Source: an uncultured Spirochaetota bacterium | GTDB lineage: Bacteria; Spirochaetota; Brevinematia; Brevinematales; JAOACQ01 | DNA: 64,000 bases | Direction: 5' to 3' | Assembly: GCA_963783575.1 (NCBI GenBank) | Contig: CAWAOD010000009.1 | Coordinates: forward strand, 448,001-512,000 | In this document: positions 49,956-60,112 of the stretch, in pieces | Numbering within the stretch: position 1 is the first letter of the stretch | Layout: each line of letters opens with the position of its first letter | Notes under the pieces: generated by a model | Databases searched by the model: none | The model's input: the letters and a program-made list of their open reading frames with translations, nothing else | Told to the model about the DNA's origin: nothing | Position numbers and translations under genes: made by a program

Positions 49956-50563
49956 AAGCATTGATAATAGTCGATGTGCAGAATGATTTCTGTCCCGGAG
50001 GCGCACTGGCTGTGAATGACGGCGATAAAATCGTTCCTGTTGTGAACAGCCTTATGGACAAATTCGATTTGGTCGTAGCGACCCAGGACTGGCATCCGAA
50101 AAAGCACAGCAGTTTTGCCAGTACACATGGTAAAAATATTTATGATGTCATAGACATTGATGGCCTTCTGCAGACTTTATGGCCCGATCATTGTGTTCAG
50201 AAAAGCCCGGGGGCAGAATTGAGGGCCGATCTGGACAAAAATAAAATCACAAAGATATTCCATAAGGGAACCGACAAAAATATCGACAGCTACAGCGGTT
50301 TTTTTGACAATGGCCATAAAAAGGCTACAGGCCTTGGAATTTATCTCCATAGAAAGGATGTAAAAGAGGTTTATATTACCGGTCTTGCAACAGATTACTG
50401 TGTTAAATACACGGCCCTTGATGCTGTAGAATTGGGCTTTAAAACGAATATCATTCTTGAAGCTTGCAGAGGTGTAAATATAAATCCGGGTGATGTCGAT
50501 AAAGCCGTTGATGAAATGAAAAAAGCCGGTGTAAATATTATAAAAGAGGCGAGTGATGCCTGA
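49952..50563 (+). CDS. pncA: Nicotinamidase/pyrazinamidase
   Basis: VDVQNDFCPGGALAV, TQDWHP, WPDHCVQ, DSYSGF, GLATDYCV. Confidence 0.93.
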   Translation: MKALIIVDVQNDFCPGGALAVNDGDKIVPVVNSLMDKFDLVVATQDWHPKKHSSFASTHGKNIYDVIDIDGLLQTLWPDHCVQKSPGAELRADLDKNKITKIFHKGTDKNIDSYSGFFDNGHKKATGLGIYLHRKDVKEVYITGLATDYCVKYTALDAVELGFKTNIILEACRGVNINPGDVDKAVDEMKKAGVNIIKEASDA

Positions 50564-51122
50564 GAATGAAAAGATACTGGCTAAGGGAAGCTTTATAAGT
50601 TTTGTTATAAAAAACGGCTGGGAATATGTTGAGAGAAATAACTGCACGGCAACGGTCGCGATTATCGCCGTTACTCCGGAAAATGAACTCCTTCTAACTG
50701 AACAATTCCGAATTCCTTTGAATAAAAGCGTGATTGAACTTCCCGCCGGCCTAGTGAACGATAGGAACAACTCAGCATTAACTGCTATTGATAAGTCAAT
50801 GCCCGTATTTGAAACAATAGAACAGGCCGCAAACCGTGAGTTGATAGAAGAAACAGGTTACTCTGCAGGAGAAACTGAAGTTATCATCGAAGGCCCTACA
50901 TCAAGCGGCCTTACATCCGAATTGCAGACACTGATCCTTGCAAGAAACTTAATAAAAGTTTCGGAAGGAGGCGGAGACGGAACCGAATCAATCATCGTCC
51001 ATAAGGTACCCCTGGAAGGCATCGAATACTGGCTTGATCAAATGAGAGGAAAAGGCTTTCTTGTTGATCCCAAGATTTACGCAGGATTGTATTTTGTTGT
51101 TAAAAGGAAGAAAACCGGTTAA
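50556..51122 (+). CDS. NUDIX hydrolase (ADP-ribose pyrophosphatase-like)
   Basis: EQFR.P....IELPAGLV, AANRELIEETGY with an insertion in the Nudix box. Confidence 0.8.
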   Translation: MPENEKILAKGSFISFVIKNGWEYVERNNCTATVAIIAVTPENELLLTEQFRIPLNKSVIELPAGLVNDRNNSALTAIDKSMPVFETIEQAANRELIEETGYSAGETEVIIEGPTSSGLTSELQTLILARNLIKVSEGGGDGTESIIVHKVPLEGIEYWLDQMRGKGFLVDPKIYAGLYFVVKRKKTG

Positions 51123-51157
51123 AATAATTACAATTATTTTTTATATCGGAGCTGATC

Positions 51158-52528
51158 ATGAGTTTTCCTAAAAATTTTGTATGGGGCGCCGCCACGGCGG
51201 CTTACCAGATCGAGGGAGCAACAGAGGAAGATGGCCGGGGAATGTCTGTCTGGGATATGTTCTGCAGAAAACCGGGGGCTGTCTATGGAGAATATTCCGG
51301 CGATCCTGCCTGCGATCATTATCACCGCTACCGCGAAGATGTTGAAATAATGAAGGAAATCGGCTTGTCTGCTTACAGGTTGTCAGTTTCCTGGCCGAGG
51401 ATATTGCCTTCGGGAACAGGTTCAATAAACAGGAAAGGCCTTGATTTTTACAACAAACTGATCGACGCACTTCTTGAAGCGGGCATTGTTCCATATGTCA
51501 CACTGTTTCACTGGGATTTACCTTATGAACTTTACTGCAGAGGCGGATGGCTCAGTACGGAAAGTCCGGACTGGTTTGCTGAATTCACCAGGATTGTTGT
51601 TGAAAGCCTATCGGACAGGGTCAGGAACTGGTTTACTTTTAATGAGCCAAGCTGTGTAATTAATCTTGGGTATCTTGAAGGGGTGCACGCTCCCGGCGAT
51701 AAGCTCGGTTTCGCGCAGGCGGCAAGGGCGATGCATAATATCCTGCTTTCACATGGAAAGTCGGTCCGGACGATCCGGGAAATTTCAAAATCAAAAAGCC
51801 TTGTCGGATTCGCACCTTCGGTAAAAATTTGTATCCCAGCTACTATAAGCAGTGAGGACATAGACGCTTCAAGAAAAGAAATGTTTTCATCGGGAAGAAA
51901 AAGCCTGTGGGAGAATTCCTTCTGGATGGACCCGATTTTTGAAGGGCATTATCCCGGTGATTACCTGGATGTTTTAGGCAGCGATGCCCCCGAGGTTAAA
52001 CAGGATGATATGAAAACTATCTGCCAGCCGCTGGATTTTTTCGGATTTAACTGTTACAGATGCGACACATACCGAGCCGGAACAAACGGTGAGCCTGAAA
52101 TAGAGCCGTATCATATGGGTTATCCCCATACGGCTTTTAAGGATGGTGATTACTGGCAGGTAACACCGGAAATAATTTACTGGGGAGCAAAATTTTTTTA
52201 TGAGCGCTACCATTTGCCAATATTCATAACAGAAAACGGGATGTCAAACACAGATTTGATATCACTTGACGGGAAAGTGCACGATCCTCAAAGAATAGAC
52301 TTTTTATCGAGGTATCTAATAATGCTCCACCAAGCGGTAGTTGAAGGAGTTGATGTGAGGGGATATTTCCTCTGGTCAATAATGGATAACTTCGAATGGG
52401 CGGAATCCTACCGCCAGCGTTTCGGTATAGTGTACGTGGATTATCCCACACAAAAACGTATACTCAAAGATTCCGCTCACTGGTATAAGGGAGTGATAGC
52501 CTCAAACGGGGCAAATATATTAATCTAA
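51158..52528 (+). CDS. GH1 beta-glucosidase
   Basis: WGAATAAYQIEG, DHYHRY.ED, TFNEP, ITENG, WS.MDNFEW. Confidence 0.92.
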   Translation: MSFPKNFVWGAATAAYQIEGATEEDGRGMSVWDMFCRKPGAVYGEYSGDPACDHYHRYREDVEIMKEIGLSAYRLSVSWPRILPSGTGSINRKGLDFYNKLIDALLEAGIVPYVTLFHWDLPYELYCRGGWLSTESPDWFAEFTRIVVESLSDRVRNWFTFNEPSCVINLGYLEGVHAPGDKLGFAQAARAMHNILLSHGKSVRTIREISKSKSLVGFAPSVKICIPATISSEDIDASRKEMFSSGRKSLWENSFWMDPIFEGHYPGDYLDVLGSDAPEVKQDDMKTICQPLDFFGFNCYRCDTYRAGTNGEPEIEPYHMGYPHTAFKDGDYWQVTPEIIYWGAKFFYERYHLPIFITENGMSNTDLISLDGKVHDPQRIDFLSRYLIMLHQAVVEGVDVRGYFLWSIMDNFEWAESYRQRFGIVYVDYPTQKRILKDSAHWYKGVIASNGANILI

Positions 52529-52580
52529 ATTGGGCAATTTTCAAAATTTATTCAATCATCAATGCTAATACTTCGCATTA

Positions 52581-52662
52581 TCAGTTGGTTAATTGGTTAG
52601 TCTTTTAGACAATTAGTATTTTATTTCGATATGACTAGCCGACCAACAGACTTTCGACTGAA
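52581..52662. repeat. Facing arrays of degenerate 8-bp repeats between convergent genes
   Basis: tcagttgg ttaattgg ttagtctt ttagacaa ttagtatt ... gactagcc gaccaaca gactttc gactgaa; GGTTAGTC pairs with GACTAGCC. Confidence 0.55.
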
Positions 52663-52729
52663 AATATATAAGGAAATGTATTGTTATCAATTAGACTATT
52701 ATATAAGAATTAGTTAGGATTTAAATAAA

Positions 52730-53698
52730 TTAGGGGATTTCGACGGTATTTAAAATATCCTCAATAACCTTTTCGGTTGTTATTCCTTCGGCTTCTGCCT
52801 CAAAACTCAGAATTATCCTGTGCCGTAAAATTTCATAAGCGACAAGTTTTATATCCTCGGGAATCACATAGCCGCGTCCGTCGAAAAAGGCCTCACAGCG
52901 TGCTGCTTTTATAAAATTAATAGAAGCCCTGGGTGAAGCGCCGTATTTAACATAGCCTTTCTCGAAATTCCGTGTTGCAAAAACAATATTTACTACATAA
53001 TCATATATTTTCTCGTCAACATAAATCCTTTCTACAAATTTTTGGAGATTAATAATTTCATCTTTCGAAGCGACTGTTTTCGGTTCAGGGGAAAACATCC
53101 CGCTCATCCGGTGGATTATACGTTTTTCCTCTTTCTGATTCGGGTAATCTACGAAAACCTTCATGTAAAAACGGTCTGTCTGAGCCTCGGGCAGAGGGTA
53201 AGTCCCCTCCTGTTCGATTGGATTCTGGGTTGCCATAACAAAAAAAGGATCGGGAAGCTGATATGTAGTTTCACCGATAGTTGCCGTTTTTTCCTGCATA
53301 GATTCAAGAAGCGCTGATTGTACTTTGGATGGAGCCCTGTTTATTTCATCGGCAAGGATAAAATTTGTAAATACCGGTCCCTTTTTAATCTCAAAACTTC
53401 CGTTATGCTGGTTATAAATCAAAGTTCCCCTGATATCCGCAGGAAGCATATCCGGAGTAAACTGGATCCTTTTAAAGTCAACTTCCAAAATTCTGGCAAG
53501 AGTTCTGATTGAGAGTGTTTTTGCAAGACCCGGTACCCCTTCAAGTAAAATATGCCCGCCTGATATAATAGCCGATATCATTTTATTCAAGAGGTTGTCC
53601 TGCCCGACAATTACCTTCTGAAACTCCGCTTTAATTCTTTCGATTATTTTAACCTGTTCGGCCGCTTCTTCGGTCAATTTTTTAATCTCATCATCCAT
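52730..53698 (-). CDS. moxR: MoxR-family AAA+ ATPase
   Basis: GHILLEGVPGLAKT, RIQFTPD.LP.D, LADEINRA..KVQSALLE, ATQNP.EQEGTYPLPEAQ.DRF, GASPRA. Confidence 0.9.
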   Translation of the reverse strand: MDDEIKKLTEEAAEQVKIIERIKAEFQKVIVGQDNLLNKMISAIISGGHILLEGVPGLAKTLSIRTLARILEVDFKRIQFTPDMLPADIRGTLIYNQHNGSFEIKKGPVFTNFILADEINRAPSKVQSALLESMQEKTATIGETTYQLPDPFFVMATQNPIEQEGTYPLPEAQTDRFYMKVFVDYPNQKEEKRIIHRMSGMFSPEPKTVASKDEIINLQKFVERIYVDEKIYDYVVNIVFATRNFEKGYVKYGASPRASINFIKAARCEAFFDGRGYVIPEDIKLVAYEILRHRIILSFEAEAEGITTEKVIEDILNTVEIP

Positions 53699-53854
53699 TC
53701 TCAAGCTCCTGTAAAATTATAATGATTATTATTTTATACTCTGTTGTTTTTTTTTGCAAAAATGCAGTGACCTGAAAAATTATTGTCTGGCATAGGATTC
53801 GGCACCCCGTCTTAAGTTGGGGGTTGCGTTGGATTGAACTTTTAACCGCCGAAA

Positions 53855-55426
53855 TCAGAACCTGAATACTAATTCCATTTCACCGAAGGGTCCGCTGAAA
53901 TTAACCGGCAGGGTGCTCTGGGTATTCCCATCAACAGTAAGATTGACGACACTTGTTGTTCCAACGCTTACCGAGGTTGTATTTTTTGAGTCACTGGAAT
54001 CGGTATATGTTATACTGAAGTTCGGAAGTAGATAAAGGGCGTATCCCCCTGTAATCCTTAGCTTCATGCGCTGATTGAATTGATAGCTGAATGAGAGCCT
54101 GGGTTTTATCCCTACAGTAACGCCGCTTAAATCTACGCTAATATTATTACTGAATGATGTATTGTTAATTGTTATTTGTGACGAATTATTGATTACACCG
54201 AGAGACTCGCTTAAACCTATGATAGATAAATCAGCTCCAATAACAAAACTCATGTTCCATAAGTAAAATTCATATCCGCCCCCAAGCTGTCCATAAAAAG
54301 CAAACGGGTTGTTAAATAAAATACCGCCGCTTAAATCCACAAGCCCCGCGTAGCCCAATTCATATTCACCCTCAATGCCGAATGTCGGTACATAAGAGGA
54401 CGGCGACATAGTTCCGGAATTGGTAAAGACAGTTTTGGAATCTGAAGTTGAGGATATTATGGTGAAATTTTTACCAGTTACTGCCATTGGAAGAGCCCCG
54501 GCAAAGACATTAAAGCGGCCACCAAGCATCGGGAGTTCAAGCAGCTGGTCGCCGACTTCCGGCTTTCCGAATATAGTAGATGCGACTGACCATTGTTCCC
54601 CGATTTCTTTAACCCGGAGAATACCTGTATTAACTTTCTCAGTGAATTTATTTAATATTTTTGTTTCTTTCTGAATGGCAAACTCATAACCCGGGCGGAC
54701 TCCAAGGTCCTTACCAAGCTCAATATATACTCCCTTCGGATTGATTTCAAGAACCTGTGTCTTGATTTTAAACTCTTCTACATTACGTAAAAAGAAGCCT
54801 AATCCTGAAATCGCGTCATCAACCCCCTTCTGATAAGCATCAATTGAGCTTGTCCGTGATGTTTGCGCGCTTGAAGCGTTATAAGTATCAAGCAGATTAC
54901 CTTCCGCAGTAATTATCTTGACCGAAATATTGACATTAACCTTATATTCCTTAACAAGACGGATCACAATCTTACCGTCAGAGCGAGTTTCCTTAACTTC
55001 AACCTGATATTCTTCAACACTATATCCGTTTATTGAAGGCATAAAAATAAAAAACGCATTAACAAGTTTCTGCATCTCTGCCGCTGGAATAACCGTGATG
55101 CCAAGATCGGCGTCTATATATTGGGGATTTGTAACAATCGCTTCTTTTTTTAATTCCTGGATTTTTTTAATGAATTCATCGGCAGAACGGTTATCAAGAT
55201 GATATTGATAACCGATTACCTGAAACCGTTTCATCCCGCTTAAAAGCCCGATCAATTTGTCATCGAAATACTGATGGGCTGAATCAGGAATTTCATAAGC
55301 CGAATAAACGGGAAATACCGCTATTTCATTTTTTTTTGAAACTTCAGCTACGGCAAATAGCTTCTCAGCCCTTACTCCGGAAATAATAAATAATCCGATG
55401 ATAAAAACTATATATAAATTTCTCAC
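53855..55426 (-). CDS. Exported protein, CsgG/FlgT-like N-terminal part and probable C-terminal beta-barrel
   Basis: GTG start 55426 with AGGGGG; signal peptide; YIELG...GV..G.EF; terminal VFRF. Confidence 0.55.
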   Translation of the reverse strand: MRNLYIVFIIGLFIISGVRAEKLFAVAEVSKKNEIAVFPVYSAYEIPDSAHQYFDDKLIGLLSGMKRFQVIGYQYHLDNRSADEFIKKIQELKKEAIVTNPQYIDADLGITVIPAAEMQKLVNAFFIFMPSINGYSVEEYQVEVKETRSDGKIVIRLVKEYKVNVNISVKIITAEGNLLDTYNASSAQTSRTSSIDAYQKGVDDAISGLGFFLRNVEEFKIKTQVLEINPKGVYIELGKDLGVRPGYEFAIQKETKILNKFTEKVNTGILRVKEIGEQWSVASTIFGKPEVGDQLLELPMLGGRFNVFAGALPMAVTGKNFTIISSTSDSKTVFTNSGTMSPSSYVPTFGIEGEYELGYAGLVDLSGGILFNNPFAFYGQLGGGYEFYLWNMSFVIGADLSIIGLSESLGVINNSSQITINNTSFSNNISVDLSGVTVGIKPRLSFSYQFNQRMKLRITGGYALYLLPNFSITYTDSSDSKNTTSVSVGTTSVVNLTVDGNTQSTLPVNFSGPFGEMELVFRF

Positions 55427-55627
55427 AATATCCCCCTGAAAAAAATAATTTCTCAAAGTAACTTTAAACCATAACCGTTTCTTGAGTATAACATGATTTA
55501 TATTGAATTTCAAGATTATAAAAACAGGATTTAATCTTATTCCGGCCAACTCAAAGAAATTTTTTCCTTTTCAAAGCATGACCTATGAATATATTTTATT
55601 TTAACCATTAAGAAAAAACAAAAATCG

Positions 55628-55654
55628 TTTAGTTTTTTTTTGCTGATCCGATAT
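55628..55654 (+). promoter_or_regulatory. sigma28 (FliA) promoter of the flgN operon
   Basis: TTTAGTTT-N11-TCCGATAT versus consensus TAAAGTTT-N11-GCCGATAA. Confidence 0.7.
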
Positions 55655-55662
55655 ACATAAAA

Positions 55663-55696
55663 GAACAAGGATGTTTATTCTATACCAAGGAGGGTA
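55663..55696 (+). promoter_or_regulatory. Two CsrA-type GGA hairpin sites in the flgN leader
   Basis: ACAAGGATGT (55665-55674) in GAACA-AGGA-TGTTT hairpin; TACC-AAGGAG-GGTA hairpin (55683-55696) containing the Shine-Dalgarno. Confidence 0.65.
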
Positions 55697-55699
55697 ATT

Positions 55700-56215
55700 A
55701 TGGAAGAAAGCATTATGAATCACATGAAAACATTTAAGGATTTGCTTTCTCATGAGGCTGATGCCTTATCATACCTGGAGAAGCTTGAGAATCAAAAGTT
55801 TGACGCGCTTAAACAGGTTGATATCAAAAAGTTGATGCGCATCAATTCCGATGAGGAGGAAATGCTGCACAAGCTTGAAGTTATTGAAAAGAAGAGGAAA
55901 AATCTTATTCTTCTCCTTTCAGAAGCTTTCAGTTTTGATCCCTGTGTTTCACTTTCCGAGCTTTTTACCTACCTTCCCGATGAAGAATATAAATCATATA
56001 AAAATGAGTTATCTGAACTGAGAAATACTATAAAGGGATTTACCGAAAAATTGCAAGTCACGATGCATGAAAATTCGGAAATGATAAGAACAAATCTCGA
56101 TATCATAAACCTGACGCTTAATTTTGCAAATCGGAATTCCCAGAAAGAGACATACGGATACCGGGATAAAAAAGAAAGCCGTGAAAATATTTACCTGGTT
56201 AATCAAATAGCGTAA
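55700..56215 (+). CDS. flgN: Flagellar export chaperone FlgN
   Basis: Helical 171-aa protein, E..R and N..MI...L pattern, TY near the C-terminus; immediately upstream of flgK. Confidence 0.75.
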   Translation: MEESIMNHMKTFKDLLSHEADALSYLEKLENQKFDALKQVDIKKLMRINSDEEEMLHKLEVIEKKRKNLILLLSEAFSFDPCVSLSELFTYLPDEEYKSYKNELSELRNTIKGFTEKLQVTMHENSEMIRTNLDIINLTLNFANRNSQKETYGYRDKKESRENIYLVNQIA

Positions 56216-56307
56216 TAATCGCTGGCTTTTAGCAGTTTTATAAGATAAATAATTGTGGGTCAAGCCTCGGGCTTTACCGTGCCGATGGCACGTTTTAGGA
56301 GAAAAGA

Positions 56308-58209
56308 ATGCTTTCAACATTTCATGGGATTGAAGTCGGGAAAAAAGGACTGATGGCAAACAATATGGGCCTTGATACTACGGGCCATAACCTGTCAAAT
56401 ATAGATACCGAAGGTTATTCCCGCCAGAAAGTAAATCTTACAGCGACAAGCCCACTTTACGAACCGGGCGCAAACCGCGTTGAAATGGCAGGCCAGATCG
56501 GTACAGGTGTTGCCGTTGAGGATATTCAACGGGTCCGGGACCAGGCGATAGACGACCGTATCAATTTCGAGAAAGGCGGGCTTGGATTCTGGGGGATGAA
56601 ACAGCAGTTTCTGCACCAGATTGAAATGATTCAGAATGAGCCTGGAAAGCCGAATATCCGCACTGTAATGGATGAATACTGGGAAAGCTGGCAGAAGGTC
56701 GCCTCAGATCCGACGGAAAGGGCTTCCCGTGAAGAACTTGTTCAGCGAACTCAGGCAATGACTGAAACTTTTAACCACAGCTTCAATTCTTTGTATGACT
56801 TAAGAAAAAACGCGGATAATCTTGTGGATCAGAGGATCAATGAAATAAACAACATGGCATCGGAAATTGCGAATCTCAACCTGCAGATAGTTAAGTCTGA
56901 AGCTATGGGCGACAAGCCGAACGATCTTTACGACAGAAGGGATTTGCTGGTCGATAAACTCGCGAAGAATGTAGATATACGTGTTGAAAGGAACAATAAG
57001 CATGAACTGATTGTTTACATTGGTATGGAAAATCTTGTCCAGGGGGACCTTGTCAATAAAATCAATGGCGTCGGAAATACGGGGAATGACGGTTTTCTCG
57101 ATGTGAAATGGAGGGACGGAAGGTCTGTGGCTCTTGGGAATGGCGAATTGGCGGGGCTTGTTTCCGCAAGGGACGACGATATCAAAATAGCTATACAAAA
57201 TATAGATTCCTTATCAGCCAATATTGTGGATTCCACAAATGAAATTCATAAGGATGGATTTGGGTTGAATATGACAACCGATAATAAATTTTTTAAAGAA
57301 ATGTCGGTAACGCCTTATGCTAATGGTGACTATGATTTTAATAATAACGGCATTCCTAACGGGACGGCAATTTTCAAGGTAAGCGGAACCGAAAAAATTG
57401 ATGAAAATACAGTGATCGGAAACGGCGGATTTCTTAATTTCGGTCCGGCAGTACCCGGGGGAAATGATATAACTATCCAGTATAACTCAATTGATAAAGT
57501 AAAAGATGTGATCGATAAAATAAATCAATCCGATGCCGGAGTCTCTGCTTATTTAAATCAAAGAGGCCAGTTGTCATTCAAAGCAAAATACCCTTCCGAC
57601 GACAGGTTTCATCCGTTTGTCATCCGGCATATTGAAGATAGCGGAAATTTCCTTGTCGGAATAGCCGGTCTGCTCCATCAATCCGGGGCACAGGGCGCTT
57701 TTGATTACAGAACAGCGGGTAATCTTGTAAAATTCAATGTACCCGGTTTTAATGTGACATTTACTCCCGAAAATCATCCATCGGTATGGATGGCGCTGGA
57801 CGATAAAATAAAGTCCAACCCCGATTCTATTGCAGCCGCGGGTGCCATTGATACAGCAGGGGATGGAAAACCTGACCGAGTCAACGGCCTTGGTGACAAC
57901 AGAAACGCGCTGGCTATAGCCGAATTAAGAAATAAAAAAATCATGGTGGAAAGTTCTTCCACATTCGGTGAATTTACAAAGGCCATGGTAGGCGATTTCG
58001 GGACGCGTTCGGAATCGGCCAAGGTAAATATGGATAAAAATCAGGCTGTGGTCGACAGTCTTGTGAATTTAAGAAAAGAGATCAGCGGAGTTAACGTTGA
58101 TGAAGAAATGACAAAAATGATCATGTTCCAGCATGGTTATAACGCATCTGCGAGGCTGGTTTCGACAATTGATAGAATGATTGAAACAGTAATAAGGATG
58201 GGAGCGTAA
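56308..58209 (+). CDS. flgK: Flagellar hook-associated protein FlgK
   Basis: TTGHNLSN..TEGYSRQ, G.GV....I.RVRD, PNDL.D.RD.L, SGVNVDEEM..M..FQ..YNASAR. Confidence 0.95.
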   Translation: MLSTFHGIEVGKKGLMANNMGLDTTGHNLSNIDTEGYSRQKVNLTATSPLYEPGANRVEMAGQIGTGVAVEDIQRVRDQAIDDRINFEKGGLGFWGMKQQFLHQIEMIQNEPGKPNIRTVMDEYWESWQKVASDPTERASREELVQRTQAMTETFNHSFNSLYDLRKNADNLVDQRINEINNMASEIANLNLQIVKSEAMGDKPNDLYDRRDLLVDKLAKNVDIRVERNNKHELIVYIGMENLVQGDLVNKINGVGNTGNDGFLDVKWRDGRSVALGNGELAGLVSARDDDIKIAIQNIDSLSANIVDSTNEIHKDGFGLNMTTDNKFFKEMSVTPYANGDYDFNNNGIPNGTAIFKVSGTEKIDENTVIGNGGFLNFGPAVPGGNDITIQYNSIDKVKDVIDKINQSDAGVSAYLNQRGQLSFKAKYPSDDRFHPFVIRHIEDSGNFLVGIAGLLHQSGAQGAFDYRTAGNLVKFNVPGFNVTFTPENHPSVWMALDDKIKSNPDSIAAAGAIDTAGDGKPDRVNGLGDNRNALAIAELRNKKIMVESSSTFGEFTKAMVGDFGTRSESAKVNMDKNQAVVDSLVNLRKEISGVNVDEEMTKMIMFQHGYNASARLVSTIDRMIETVIRMGA

Positions 58210-58210
58210 G

Positions 58211-58245
58211 ATAGTCTCTAGTTGTTAGGCTCTAGTCGCTAGGTG
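58211..58245. repeat. Left heptamer array of the four-helix-bundle cassette
   Basis: atagtct ctagttg ttaggct ctagtcg ctaggtg, starting just after the flgK stop. Confidence 0.75.
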
Positions 58246-58421
58246 AGGATTGACAAGGAGCTAGAGAAAATAATGAGAAGTTATAAGACTTATTGGTTTG
58301 GAAAAAATCGATAGAACTGGTAAAATTGATTTATGAAATTACAAAAAAATTTCCGGACAATGAGAAATTCGGTTTATTCAATCAAATGAGAAGGGCAGCT
58401 GTTTCGATGCCCTTGAATATA

Positions 58422-60112
58422 CAGACTGTGTGAAAACACAGTAAATATGCTATAATTATTAGAACAAAAATAATCGGAGTAAAAGATGAAGCATATTGAG
58501 GGAGAATCAAGGGATCAGATAGTTCTGTTCAATGAAACACTGGAAGATCTGTTAGGAGAAGAAGATCCGGTAAGGTTTATAGATATTTTTGTTGATAAGC
58601 TAAATATGAAAGGAGTTGGTTTTAAAGTAAAAGAAGCATCAACCGGCAGAAGTTCATATAAATCCGAAATACTTTTAAAAATCTATATTTACGGATATTT
58701 GAATAAAATCAGGACAAGCAGGAAATTAGAGAGAGAGTGCCGAAGAAACACAGAGTTGATGTGGCTGACTGGACGACTAGCGCCGGATTTCAAGACGATT
58801 GCCGACTTCAGGAAAGATAATAAGAAGGGAATACAGTCGATATTCAGAGAATTTTTGAAGATATGTCATAAAGCCGGGCTTTTATCATTTGACGTTGTTG
58901 GAATTGATGGAACCAAGATCAGTGCGCAAAACCACAATAACAATGTTTATCATAGGAAAAACATAGAAGAAATCATACATAGAATAGATCAAAAGATCGA
59001 AGAATATTTGAATGAGATGGATAAGAACGATAAGGAAGAAAAGAATGAATTTGAATTTCTTTCCGGAAAGATAGCGGAACGTTTTAAAAAATTGAAAACA
59101 AAAAAGGATAAAGTTGAGGCTATTAAAAAGATTTTTGAGGGAAATCCTGAAATGGAGAAATATTATTCAAATGACCCGGAAAGCCGGTTTATGAATGATA
59201 AAGGGAAATCCGACATTGCATATAATCTGCAGATGGCAGTAGATGATGCGAATAAACTGATTGTGGTGATTGATGTGACGAATGAAAACAATGATATCAA
59301 ACAGATGGCAGGAATGTGTGACCGAGTAGAAGAAATAAAGGACGAGCTTAAGGTAGAGACTGAAACGGTCAAAGTATCGGATGCCGGTTATTACAGCGAA
59401 CCGCAGATACTGGAATGTATAGATAAGGGACATAACGTATATATGCCGAATCCGGATGACGGACATAAGGCAAGGATTCGAGGCAAAGAAGATAATAAAG
59501 GAGTACCTGCTGAAGAATACCAGGTTGATAAATTCAAATATGATCCGGGACAAAATGTTTATTATTGTCCGGAGGGAAACCAATTAGTGAGAAATGGGAA
59601 AAAAGTAGAGAAGGTCAATGGAGGAAAAGAGATAGTCAGGTACAAGTGCGGCTTATGCAGCCAATGTGAAGTAAGAAATAAGTGTACTGAAAGCGTGGAA
59701 GGACGAAGTATCAAAGTACCAGTTAGAAAAGAAGAAATTGAGAACTTCAAGAGGAAAATTCGTTCTGAAGCCGGGAAAAAGATCATAGAGAAAAGGAAAG
59801 AGATATGTGAACATCCATTTGGATCGATAAAAAGGAATATGGGTTACAGTTATTTTTTAATGAAGGGAAAGGATGGCGTTCTGACGGAATCCAGTTTGGC
59901 AGGATTCATTCATAATTTAATAAAAGTATTGAATATATTGGGAATAAAGAGACTTATGACTCTGGTTTGATGCTAATAAACCATCGTTTATCGTTTTCGG
60001 ATAGATTTTTTAAACTAAGATTTTTTTAGCTTGAAAAATATATCAAAAAATGGAGTTTTTGTATAATTAATCGATTTTACTATAAAATTTTACTGAGTTT
60101 TCACACAGCCTG
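58422..60112 (+). mobile_element. IS1182-family insertion sequence, 1691 bp
   Basis: 24-bp terminal IRs CAG(A/G)CTGTGTGAAAAC(A/T)CAGTAAA with 2 mismatches; 3-bp target duplication ATA (58419-58421 and 60113-60115). Confidence 0.92.
58486..59970 (+). CDS. IS1182-family DDE transposase
   Basis: GR..Y...LLK.Y.YGY...I.TSR.LE, WL.G.LAPDFKTIADFR, IDGTK, YN.Q, DAGY, Y.CP.G, C..C...CT, EH.FG.IK. Confidence 0.92.
   Translation: MKHIEGESRDQIVLFNETLEDLLGEEDPVRFIDIFVDKLNMKGVGFKVKEASTGRSSYKSEILLKIYIYGYLNKIRTSRKLERECRRNTELMWLTGRLAPDFKTIADFRKDNKKGIQSIFREFLKICHKAGLLSFDVVGIDGTKISAQNHNNNVYHRKNIEEIIHRIDQKIEEYLNEMDKNDKEEKNEFEFLSGKIAERFKKLKTKKDKVEAIKKIFEGNPEMEKYYSNDPESRFMNDKGKSDIAYNLQMAVDDANKLIVVIDVTNENNDIKQMAGMCDRVEEIKDELKVETETVKVSDAGYYSEPQILECIDKGHNVYMPNPDDGHKARIRGKEDNKGVPAEEYQVDKFKYDPGQNVYYCPEGNQLVRNGKKVEKVNGGKEIVRYKCGLCSQCEVRNKCTESVEGRSIKVPVRKEEIENFKRKIRSEAGKKIIEKRKEICEHPFGSIKRNMGYSYFLMKGKDGVLTESSLAGFIHNLIKVLNILGIKRLMTLV

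Noticed and set aside
53788..53802. sigma54-like TGGCATAGGATTCGG and nearby weak hairpins
   Set aside because: No GC at -12, and it points antisense into a gene end.
56260..56300. sigma28-like GCCGATGG and sigma54-like TGGCACG before flgK
   Set aside because: Wrong spacing to any -35 and no TTGC at -12.
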